From assembly GCF_001194135.2 (NCBI RefSeq), contig NC_068987.1, positions 61,840,150 to 61,904,149 on the forward strand: a stretch of DNA of 64,000 bases, given 5' to 3'. The notes under the pieces are model-generated. The model worked only from the letters and a program-made list of their open reading frames with translations. It searched no databases and was not told where the DNA came from. The DNA is from Octopus bimaculoides. Its lineage: Eukaryota. Position 1 is the first letter of the stretch. Each line of letters begins with the position of its first letter. Made by a program: the position numbers and the translations under genes. Below are positions 12,028 through 24,900 of the stretch, piece after piece.

Positions 12028-15000
12028 TTGTATGTATATATACACTGCTGTTTTGATTTCTATTTTTCCTATTTGAATTACCAAACCTGTTTTTATCAAT
12101 TAGATGAAGTAAAGTTGGTAATGTTCAACTGGAATGCCTCAGTGTTGGTATCCTTGTTGGGTTGGAGTGACCAAAGAAGCATTTACATTTTGTGGTGTGG
12201 AAGGTGGAGCTGAGAAAGAAAATTCAGAAAGATTTTTTTTTGTGTGTGCATTGTGGACTTGGAAGCAAAATGGGAAGTAAAGGTAGTGAGTTTATTTGTG
12301 GAGAGTGAATTACAGAGGTTCCTTAGTTGAGAAATAGCATAGTAAGGGATTTTGCAGATTAACTGAGAACTTATTAGTAAAGGATCAAAATGCTGGGCTC
12401 TAATTTAGAAAGTGGGAGAATTTGTTGTCTGTACCTTTCCTTCATTGGACACTAAACTCCGCTTGCGAAGACCTGTTGAGGCAAGTGAAAGCGAAATCGA
12501 ACTAAATTCGACGACTGGCACCCATGCCAACGTCGTCTCCTTCATTGGACACAAAACTCGGCTTGCGAAGACCTGTTGGGGCAAGCAAAAGCGAAATTAT
12601 GATGGCACATGTGCCCAGCTTCGCCTTCCTGGCACTTGTGCCCAGCTTCGCCTTCCTGGCACATGTAAAGACATTCGAGCACGATCATTGTCAGTGCCAC
12701 TGGACTGCCTCCTGTGCAAGTGGCACGTAAAATAGACCATTTTGAGCATGGCCATTGCCAGTACCGCCTGACTGGCCTTCGTGCCGGTGGCACGTAAAAG
12801 CACCCACTACACTCTTGGAGTGGTTGGTAGGAAGGGCATCCAGCTGTAGGAACTCTGCCAAATCAAATTGGAGCNNNNNNNNNNAAGGGCATCCAGCTGT
12901 AGGAACTCTGCCAAATCAAATTGGAGCCTGGTGTAGCCATCTGGTTCACCAGTCCTCAGTCAAATCGTCCAACCCATGCTAGCATGGATAGCGGACGTTA
13001 AACAATGATGATGATGATGATGACGGTAACTAAATCAAATGGATTTTGGGGTTATATATTTTGATTGAGAATTATAGAGGGACATACCTAATAGAGTTAT
13101 CTGGTAAGGGTAATACTGTGTAACATGATTTTTGTCCTTGTGTAGTAACTGTTAATTCCTATTTGCTTACCCTGAGAAAGTATGAAAAATGGCTAATATT
13201 TCCTTCAAACTTTGCTTTTGTTACATTTATTCAAACCCTAAATAAGCCCTCTCAACACATGGCTATGAGGCACCCCACCCAACTCTACTCCTGCTCATGA
13301 TCAGAGATGCATATATTGTCAGCCACTTAGAGACATGCTCAAGTGGTTAAGGCGAAGCAACTGGCAAATCTGAGGTATTGAGCAGAATATTTGCTATAGT
13401 GATATTTCTGCTTCAGCAACTCAGCACTGAACCTGTCTGAAATGTAATGGAAAATAGGTCAGTTTCAGAACATTGGTGGCGAGGTCACAAAAGCAAAGTT
13501 TGAAGGGAATAGTAGTCATTTCCTTTGATTTCTAGATAGAAGTAAATAGAAAATAACACTTACTAACCAAAGACAAAAAAAAAATGAATAAAAATTTGTT
13601 ACACAGTATAATCAATGTGGAAGAGTTGAAGTATGAGGGATGACAAAGAGATGTTGTAGGGCAGGTTGCTTTGATTAGCCAGAGATTAGATGATGTGATG
13701 AATACAGAAACTATGATGGCAAGGTGAAAGCTGGCCATTCAGTTACACTAATGTAACTTAAACCAATACTCATATAAGATAAACTCTTGCATAAATAAAA
13801 ATGGAAATAAAGCTGTCAAAATACTTTTGTTGCTGTTATTATAATATTCTTTCAAGGCATTTAATTGATACTATGAGCTCTAGGTAAATGAAATTTGCAA
13901 TCTCATCTCAGTTATATATATTATGAATTGTCTGAGGCAAAATTCTCCAACTTAGTTATATGAATGCTAGTAATAATCTTTTTATTGCTCTTCCCCTCAC
14001 TTATATTAATTATTGAATAAAAACATACACACTGCAGTGAACAGCAGCAGATTAAGCAGAGAGATTGCTGCATGTTTTGTTGTTTGTTGTCTGCTTAGTT
14101 GACAGTAAATGTAATATATTTTAAAAAGATGATGACCAAATTTTAGAAAAAAATATCTTAAAAACTACTTTAACAATTTTCTCAAGATTTTGCTAATCAA
14201 TTTAAAATTAAGAACTCTCCTGCAAACTAAACTTGGAATGCCATTATATATAGTATTAGCATACCAGTCAAATACAGAAGTAACCTGCTTGTGTACAATA
14301 TTTCAGCATAATGTGGGACTATATTATAATCATTGTTGTCTTCAATATGTAGGATGACTAGAAATCAATTTTACTGAAAGAGTAACTAATTTGATACTTA
14401 TAGTTGACAAGTAAACATAAGAACTAATCTGAAGAAATTAGTGACAGTCTATATTGAAAAATAAATTATAAAATAATTTCTTTGTGGAGAAGTCTGTTCT
14501 GGTTTTTGAGTAATTCAGAGAGAGAGTCTTTCTTCTAGAAAACATTTTGAGCAGAGTCCTTCTTCAAAGAAATGAGAAATACTTTTCAATTCTTTGAAGA
14601 AAAACTCTGCTCAAAATGTTTGAACTTGTTCTTCCTCTTGAATTACAAGCATGCTTTATTGAATGAATTTTATCTACTAACCATATCCAACATGGAACTT
14701 GTTATAATTCATATTGGCCTGGAGAAGTGGAGTGGAAGAAACGATAAGGTCAGACTAAATGTCTAAATTTAAGTCACATTTGGTTCAAGGTTGACTTCAA
14801 ATACTTTGAAGTGAATGATACAAGTACCAGACACACACTGTATTAATTTGAGTAAATACATCCTTTTCAAATGTATAACCTAATGCTGCTGCATTATTCC
14901 ATTGTTAATGTTTGTAGAGGGTAGAAATAATGAAACACTGGACAAAATGTCAGTTTCATACCTTTGTGTTCTGATTTAAAATCTAGCAATGGCTGATTTT

Positions 15001-15859
15001 GATTTTCATTCCTCTATGTTCAATAAAGTATTAAATATACATTGTAAATAAACATTTTAAAGGTGATCTAAATTAAACTTCCTATTGAAATTTCTTATTA
15101 ATTTACATTCCAAACATCAGTTTAATATTGATGAAGTTATTTTACTGTATTCTTCATTGTTTTTGAAATTAATTGGAAGAAAACAGTGAATTTCAAAAGA
15201 AATGTGATAACAAGGATATTGTAAGTTAGGTACCATAAAATGGCTCACATATTGTAACCACCAGTATATATGATGTACTGGTGGTTACAAGATATGATTC
15301 TTTGATCCATTAACATCACAGCTTGTCTGATAAATTATTGACTCCATTTTCCCCCACAAAATATAAACAACAATGATACAGTTGGAGGATAAAGGCTGTT
15401 GTTTGTAATTGATTGATGACCTATGTTCAGGTATGAAAAAAAAAATTATAAATCCAAGCTTAGGATTAGCAAAGAATAATTACTGCTTAGGACTGAAACA
15501 ATTGCTGATTCATGGTGGAATATCAGATTTTTTCTTAATACTTAGAGGCAATAATAATTTATTTTTGTTTTTGTTAGTAATTGATGTAGACTTCAGTTGT
15601 TAAATACTTCCATACATCATTTTAATGTTCAGTTTTTCATGCTTGCATGGGTTAGATATGATTTTTTATTAGGCAGATTTTCTATGGACAGATGACTATC
15701 CTAATGTCAACCTTCACCTGTTTCCAAGTAAAGTTATATTTCCCCATGGCCAGACATTTTCTTATAGAATATTAGGAATGAATGACCCTGCTTCATTTAC
15801 AACTATCACATGCTGTCAAGACAAGGAGATAAAAACATACACTCACACACATGTACATG

Positions 15860-15901
<42 letters not shown>

Positions 15902-18900
15902 GCCTGAAATCATGTGACTGGGAAGCAAACTTCTTAACTGTAGCTGTGCCTCTGTCTATTATATGTGTGTGGGTGTGTTAATAAGATTACAAATTTTTGA
16001 ACTATTAATTCTGTAGAGAAGAAACATAACTATCATCATCATCATCATCATTTAGTGTTTGTTTTCCATACTGGCATATATGTTAATTTTTTTTTATCTC
16101 CTAGAACAAACTATAATGCAGTAGATACCAATGAGAGAATTTCTCACATTGGTTTTTTTTTTTTTTGGTGTAAAATGCATGCATGCTTTTATCACTAGCA
16201 GGGAGATAAATCTCTGCTACCTCTTCCCCAAAGACCACTAGATCACATGATTTGGACCTTCTTTGGTCTTATCAATGATGGACACTTGACTGCTAGTGAT
16301 AGCAGCAACTCATCTCCCTGACAGCAATTCATAGAATAACAGTGCCACAACAGGTGCTGATGTTGCAATTACCCAGTTAGCTTGTTAAAAAGTATTTATT
16401 AGCGACAGGAGCAGTATTTAAGTGGGGATAAATATTACCCATCGGTATTAATACTCCTCTGTTGCTAATGAATAAGTGTATATAAATATTTATATAGGAG
16501 TGGCCGTGTGGTAAGTAGCTTGCTTACAAACCACATGGTTCCGGGTTCAGTCCCACTGCGTGGCACCTTGGGCAAGTGTCTTCTACTATAGCTTCGGGCC
16601 GACCAAAGCCATGTGAGTGGATTTGGTAGACGGAAACTGAAAGAAGCCTGTTGTATATATGTATGTATATATGTATGTGTGTGTGTGTGTGTGTATATGT
16701 TTATGTGTCTGTGTTTGCTCCCCCTCCAACATCACTTGACAACCAATGCTGGTGTGTTTACATCCCCGTAACTAAGCGGTTCGGCAAAAGAGACTGATAG
16801 AATAAGTACCAGGTTTACAAAGAATAAGTCCTGGGCTCGATTTGCTCGACTAAAGGCAGTGCTCCAGCATGGCCACAGTGAAAATGACTGAAACAAGTAA
16901 AAGAGTAAAAGAGAGAGAGAGATATACATCATCTTCTGCTCATTCTTGTGTCTGAGAAGTTTGCTTTCCTCTTGATTGAATGGTTTGTTCATGTTGATGT
17001 TGATGAAAAGTCTAACCCTCATGTGAAACAAGCGGATACAAAGATGGCAAAGAGTTGGCAGAGGGCATTTTGTATTCTTTATGTTTTATACATATCCTGA
17101 TATAAAGTACATATACATACACACACATATGCATACTTGTATATTTAGTTAGAATATAATGTAGGTTTGTATTACTAAAAGTTTTAGAAATACATAATTA
17201 TCTGATCATTTAGACAGTTCAGTATTGAGTGGTGAGGCAGTCATGACTTCTAAATAAGACTGATTGTCTTGGATAACTAAGACTCATTCTTATTGGCTAT
17301 CTTGAAACACATTGTGGAATTGCTAACATGGTGGTTGCTGGTAAAGGGGTGAGAATTCTAAGACATAATGGGTAGAAGTAATTTCCTTTGCTTTTGTTAG
17401 AAATTTTGGTGGAATAAAATTTCGATTAAAATATAATAGCTAGTGACTTAAAATTAGCAAGAAAAAATTTCTTGATAACAGCAAAATAATGCACACACTT
17501 ACACATGCATGTGTGTGCACATACATACACACATACACCAAGAGAAAGTAAATTTCACATGCATCATATAACATTAAAAAGAAACAAAAAAAGAATATGC
17601 ATTGAAATCTTTATGATGAAACTTTATAATAAAAATGAAATGTTTATGTAGCCATCATAAAATCCTTTTAATCTTTGCAAATGGTTTCACCTCTTTCATG
17701 ATAATCATCATCATCATCATCATCGTTTAACGTCCGCTTTCCATGCTAGCATGGGTTGGACGATTTGACTGAGGACTGGCGAACCAGATGGCTGCACCAG
17801 GCTCCATTCTGATCTGGCAGAGTTTCTACAGCTGGATGCCCTTCCTAACGCCAACTACTCTGAGAGTGTATTGGGTGCTTTTACGTGCCACCGGCACGAG
17901 GGCCAGTTTGACAGTACTGGCAATGGCCACGCTCAAATGATGATTTTACATGCCACCTGCACAGGAGACAATACAGCAACACTGGCAACAACCTTGAGCA
18001 TCTCTGCAGTGATTTCTGATGGGCCGGGGGCTTTCCCTGTCTTCATACTCTTGATTGTTTATCTACCAAGGTACTGTCAATTTGGATAGCTGGTCCCTCT
18101 GTTGGGCCGATATTCGGCAGACTCTCTTTCTCCCATTCATTCTCTTTATGAAGCAACCTTTCATAGTGGCGTCTCCAAACCTCTCTCTTTGCAGCCTCGT
18201 TTAGTGCAAGTGAACCATCATCCATGCGGACACATTTATCTCCTACAACATCATGATTGTCTCTCATACACTGTCTTGCAACACGAAATACTTCAAGTCT
18301 TTGGTCCTCACGGTGCAGAACATTGGCAAATTTTTTCTTATCTGCTTCCCCTCTGGCTAAATAAATCTGTCTCATAGCTTCCCTTCTGGCAGTCTGATAC
18401 AATTCCCTGCTACCTCCGTTTTTGTATTTATTAATGGTTTTTATAAATTCACAACTAGACGTTATTCACATTAACAGGATGAATAATAAATGACTGCTGT
18501 TAATAGTAATGGGAAATTAATAATTAAATATTTAACATTCTTCAAATAATAATAACATATATAAATGTGAATATATAGATGTCAACCCATTGATTAATTT
18601 TTACATACATAAATGCAGTCAATCTTTTGCATTTCTTTCTGTTGCTTGTAGTTTTTAACTTTTTGCATTACATATTCTGTTTTAGCATAGATAAAAGAAT
18701 CCTGCACTCCCTTCATTAATTTAACCCTTTAGCCTTTAAACTGGTCATATCCGGCCAAAATATTTTACAAGTTTTATATTCAAATCAGCCAGATCTAGCC
18801 TTTCACACCGACCCTACAATATCATTCTAAAAATTAACAGTAACCTCATCAAAATCTCCAAGCTACAAAATAATGCATGATTACCGTGTTTGATGGCGTA

Positions 18901-21900
18901 TAAGATGTATGAGTGCATAGGCTATACTTTTGTAAAATAAATTACCACTAAAATAATGTTTTAATTCCTCCACTTACCTGTATAACTTTGTTATTACCGG
19001 TAATTATAAGCAATTTATTGCATCCACATTCGATATAAACATACCATAGGCGATAGTTCAATAGATAGTAGCACATGTTTTGTAAACATACATACCCTTT
19101 TGAGCGAGTTTTGAGCTTACATTGAGTGCATTGGACCCAGGGGTATTTTTTAAGCCATTTTGGGGTAAAAAAGGTGCATCTTATACGCCATCAAATGCAG
19201 TAATTCAAAACAATGTGGATAAATAAGCATTATTTTTGACAGAACAATATGAATTCTAAAGGTTTAATCAATTAAAGGTGTCATTCATTGGAGTTTTTTT
19301 TAATTGTTAGTTCATTATTATTTTACATTTCAAATATGTTTTCCTATTCTGTTGTGTTGAAGTTGAATTTCTTTGGTATATTTTCATAATGTGTTTCATT
19401 TCTTACATTTTTGTTTTTATTAAAATTATTTGAGAATGTCAAATTATTGTTCTGAGAAATTGAATTAACTGAATATTCTTTTGGACAACTTAATGAAGCC
19501 ATTTTTTAAACATATCAAAAATGTTATAAGAGACAATCTAGATGTTGAATCATCTAAATGCTATCAATGGAAAAAACTGGTAATTGTGTATTTTGATATA
19601 TATTCTTTCATTTTTTTTTACTTGTTTCAGTCATTTGACTGCAGCCATGCTGGAGCAGCGCCTTATTTTTTTAAAGCCTAGTACTTATTCTATCAGTCTC
19701 TTTTGCCAAACAGCTAAGTTATGGGGACATAAACATACCAACACCAGTTTTCAAGCGGTGTTGTGAGGGCAAACACAAATACAAAGACACACATATGGAT
19801 ANNNNNNNNNNNNNNNNNNNNNNNNNNNNNNNNNNNNNNNNNNNNNNNNNNNNNNNNNNNNNNNNNNNNNNNNNNNNNNNNNNNNNNNNNNNNNNNNNNN
19901 NNNNNNNNNNNNNNNNNNNNNNNNNNNNNNNNNNNNNNNNNNNNNNNNNNNNNNNNNNNNNNNNNNNNNNNNNNNNNNNNNNNNNNNNNNNNNNNNNNNN
20001 NNNNNNNNNNNNNNNNNNNNNNNNNNNNNNNNNNNNNNNNNNNNNNNNNNNNNNNNNNNNNNNNNNNNNNNNNNNNNNNNNNNNNNNNNNNNNNNNNNNN
20101 NNNNNNNNNNNNNNNNNNNNNNNNNNNNNNNNNNNNNNNNNNNNNNNNNNNNNNNNNNNNNNNNNNNNNNNNNNNNNNNNNNNNNNNNNNNNNNNNNNNN
20201 NNNNNNNNNNNNNNNNNNNNNNNNNNNNNNNNNNNNNNNNNNNNNNNNNNNNNNNNNNNNNNNNNNNNNNNNNNNNNNNNNNNNNNNNNNNNNNNNNNNN
20301 NNNNNNNNNNNNNNNNNNNNNNNNNNNNNNNNNNNNNNNNNNNNNNNNNNNNNNNNNNNNNNNNNNNNNNNNNNNNNNNNNNNNNNNNNNNNNNNNNNNN
20401 NNNNNNNNNNNNNNNNNNNNNNNNNNNNNNNNNNNNNNNNNNNNNNNNNNNNNNNNNNNNNNNNNNNNNNNNNNNNNNNNNNNNNNNNNNNNNNNNNNNN
20501 NNNNNNNNNNNNNNNNNNNNNNNNNNNNNNNNNNNNNNNNNNNNNNNNNNNNNNNNNNNNNNNNNNNNNNNNNNNNNNNNNNNNNNNNNNNNNNNNNNNN
20601 NNNNNNNNNNNNNNNNNNNNNNNNNNNNNNNNNNNNNNNNNNNNNNNNNNNNNNNNNNNNNNNNNNNNNNNNNNNNNNNNNNNNNNNNNNNNNNNNNNNN
20701 NNNNNNNNNNNNNNNNNNNNNNNNNNNNNNNNNNNNNNNNAAACTATATCTCATGTTTAAGAAAAAAATGCATTTTACTCCGTCTTCCTTAGCTACATTT
20801 TCTTTCGTAATACGCTTTGTCTCCCTCTTCCATTTGTTCGTTCCTTTTTTTTTTTTGTTAGACGCTGTCTTGGTGAGAGAATTTTTTTTTCCTTAGCCGC
20901 TTTGTCTTCCTCTTCCACTTTTTCATTTTTTTTTTAGACGCTTGGCAAACACTCTGTTTCTCCCCTTGTCACAAACACACTATTTCTTTCTTTCTCTCTC
21001 TCTTTCTTTCTTTCTCTCCCTCTTTCTTTCTTTCTCTCTCTCTCTCTTTATTTCTCTCTCTCTTTCTTTCTCTCTCTCTTTCTCTCTCTCTCTTGCTCTC
21101 TCTCTCCTTCACGCGCGTACGCACAGATTTGACTTCGCCATGTCAACAAACTTCAAAATTGGTAAAAGTTTATCGATTTTTACAGCTATACGCGGGTGCC
21201 TCTGAGAGAAAAAGTTGACAAAAACACAGATAGGGTCATGAACAATGTCCTCCTAAAATTGGAGCGACGTGCGTGCTAATTTGTGGACGTGCATAAACTA
21301 CATTCACGTACACACACACACACACACACACACACATCCTCTCTTTTATAGATATAGATATATACACACAATGAGCTTCTTTCAATTTCTGTCTACTAAA
21401 TCCACTCACAAAGCTTTGGTTGGCCCAAGATTACAGCAGAAGATGCTTGCCCAAGGTGCCATGCTGTGGAACTGAACCTGGAACCACGTGGTTGGGAAGC
21501 AAGCTGCTTACCACACAGCCACGCCTGCACCTGAAGCTGAATTTTTTTGGTATATAGTGAATTTTTTACAAACATTACTCACAATTATAAAATAGACATT
21601 ATAAAATTCTGCCCCCCAAATTTTGCGTGTGAATTACCATAATGCTTTGGAAAGGAATTAATCATCTAAGGATTAAAATTCATTCTCCTATTTCATGCTT
21701 GGTGTTAATTGTCAACAAAATGCTGGAACCATGATGAGAACCAACATAGCCCCAACCTATGCAGATTTTGTTTTGGGATATTTGAATCACTACAATATAT
21801 CAATAATCACTACAAAAATATGGAAATGCCTTTGTTTAATATATATAAGAGAACTTATTGTTAACATGATAATTGTCATGTTTACAAGTGATGTAGCATA

Positions 21901-24900
21901 TATCATGAAATGATGTATAGCAAGACAGAACTACAAGTTCACACATACATGTATACTCTCATGCTTTGCTATTGATGATGTTCAGTATAAAATTATGTCT
22001 AATAAATATGTATGTATGCATTCATATGCCCCTATGATATAGATCTATCCCTGGATAGGTGTATATCTGAGGCTCCCATAGCTATATATGGCTTAGTGTA
22101 GAATCATTATTGCCCACAGTGGAAAATAATTATTAAGATTGTAATAATTATGAAGTGGGGAGGCGGCCTAGGATTTGATCCAGGATTAGACTAAACTAGT
22201 TTAAATTAGCCTAAGCTAATTTAATTAGGTGAATTAGAGTACTGAGAAGTCAAGATGCTGTTGAGTATAGAGGAGGTGAGAAACTCAGTGGAAATCAGTT
22301 GCATGAACAGGGAGGATATGGATATTAAGGGCTTATAGATGTAAGTTTCAAAGTAATAGTTTCTGAAAGGTTGACAGTGATGACTTATTGTGGGATTCTT
22401 TTTCTATTTATGGACAATGGAAGCATATTTTGGTAGGAGGTATTGTTGAGTTTTGATAGATGAAGGGCCCTGGTATTAGAAGTACTTTGGTTAAGGGTAT
22501 ACAGTAAATTTTCATAGGTGGGAATATAATTTTAGGATCTATATATGCTACTAAGCATGTGCAGAGTGTGTATAGCAGCATTTGGAGGTCATAACTTGTT
22601 TAAACAGTAACATATCAAATACTTAAAAATGTGTTTGGCTAATCATTTTCCTATTTATATATCAGGGATATTCCCCGTATTAGTTTTTCTACTCCTTGTC
22701 ATATGCTTATATTCACTATCCCATTGTCCCTTAAGATAATTAGGTACTGCAAATTAGGAGATTTATATCTAACTTTCTTCTTTGGTTGTGGAATTAACCC
22801 TTTAGCATTCAGATTATTCTGTCAGATGTAATGCTTATTTATTAACATTGTTTTCAATTAATAATGCCTTATCTCATAGCTTCAAGATTTCAGTGATGTG
22901 ATTGTTTATTTTTAGAATGACATAGTAGGGCACGTGTAAGAGGTTGGTTCTGTCCAATTTGGATATAAAGCAGGTAGAATATTTGGGCCAGATATGGCCA
23001 GTTCAAATGCTAAAGGGTTGATGTTTTTTTCTTATTTGTTTTGCCACATCTTTGCCTTCATTGAACATGATGGAAGAACTCCAGTCATGACCATTCTATA
23101 TCCTATTTTTTTTTTGTGTGTCAGTGTGCCTTCTGATGTACATTGTATAATGTGTCCTGTTTTTAAGACAGTAGTATGTTGTGATGAACATGAAGATTTG
23201 ATTGCTATTTCTTGCAGGTTGAAGGTACAGGGCTATCTCTGGGTTTTATGAAACTCCTACTTAACAGACTACCTGATATTTTGTAGTTGCTGTATTCTGC
23301 TATATTTTGACTGGAATTTATTTAATAAAGGAAGCACTATTAATATAATGGATTGGATTGTATCAAAATTGGCCCAGTTTCTTGTTTATACAAATTAAAT
23401 GATCTTAGCTCATATTAAAGACAACACTTGTAAACTAAAACGTTGTTCTGCTTATTGTAATAACATGTTTTATTGCTATTTTCCAGTTCCGAGCTGGTGT
23501 GGAAATCATCTGGCCATTATGCCTTTTTCTAATACTTGTTGCTGTCAAGACGCGGCCAGATCTCATTAAACAAAAGGAAGAATGTAAGTAATCTATTCAG
23601 CTTTTACATTTTGATGTTATGTAATATTCTAGATTGATTAACTCTTTGATACCTGCCCACCTCTGGTTCTATGATACAAACATCACATGTTAAAGTGGTT
23701 TAAATTAAAATCTTCCTTCAAAACTTCATGATGATTTATGTTCCAAACCCAAGATTAATAATGACTAAATTCTTCATTAGTTTCAAGATTAATTGAAACA
23801 AAAGTAGTGCATTTCAATAGAAATTTGGTAATAAAAGGATTAAAAGAAAGAATTCAGTAAAATATACATTGGATAGCTGGAAAACAAACACATCTTTGGC
23901 ATGTTTTGAAATTTAGAGGAATTGTCATTTAAATTTAGAAAAAAAAAAAAAGAATTTTGACATAATGTAGCTTAAACTAATTAGAATGAAATTTTGAATG
24001 AATAAATATCTTCAATGACATTTCTTTTTATAGTTTAGTCAGGAGGAATGAGCTATGCTGCAATCTCTCACCAGTTAGTCTTCAGCTTAAACAGCTGTAA
24101 GATGACATGATATTTGCAGATAATAAGTGAGGAATAGGAAGAACATTTCAGAAGGTTAATATTCTTGGGAGTAACAGTTGTGTGCAATGGTTAATGATTC
24201 AGTATGCAGGCACTGTGGAAAATAATTACATATGAAAGATGCTTTCCTTTCATTCATATTTGGTAGCTGTAGCCTTGATGAGGAGGAAGTGAGCTCATCA
24301 GACAGTGTCCAATGTTCAGTGGGAGTGTTAGATGCTAAATTGTAACACTCTCATTGTTTTGAATAAATACTTGAAAACACTGGAACACAATCCCAGCAAG
24401 CTCTAAGAGCACTGTTCTTTTGAACATTGAAAATGCTTTAAACTCAAGAGAACAAGATCCTTGTTAGCTCCCAAATACTCTACTGGAATGCACACCACCT
24501 GAGATAAGAGGAAGGAAACTGTAGCTGTTATGTTACATCTAAAGCAGTGGTTCTCAGCTGGGGTTTATGTGACCCTTCGAGGTCCATATAAGATTTTGTT
24601 CTTAAAGCATATGAGTAATAAATTGGTTATACTTCTACAATATACAAATATTTTAACAATTTTTTTTCATACAATTCCCAATAATATATAAATATAAAAA
24701 TATGAAGATTTTTTTTTGTAACAAGGTGGGGGTGGCTGTGCAGTAGAATAAAATAGATATCAAAGGTCTCCATAAGCAAAAAATGGTTGAGATCTCATCT
24801 CTTGTGACAATTAGGTTGGCCTCAGACTCTGGCCTACAAAAAAAAAAAAAAANNNNNNNNNNAAAAAAAAAAAAAAAGAAAAAGAAGAAAAAGCATGCTT

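Noticed and set aside
12090-12420. Possible LINE endonuclease relics on the minus strand (also about 2300-2760)
   Set aside because: Only faint motif resemblance (GHSNPT, DLILVT) across broken frames; insufficient to call.
12439-12666. Regularly spaced repeats resembling a CRISPR array
   Set aside because: Only two units each, no unique spacers, eukaryotic context, no cas genes; they are internal to a retroposon.
16497-16570. tRNA gene (also heads at 7163, 9053 and 60062)
   Set aside because: A and B boxes are present, but no cloverleaf forms and each continues into a multicopy SINE body.
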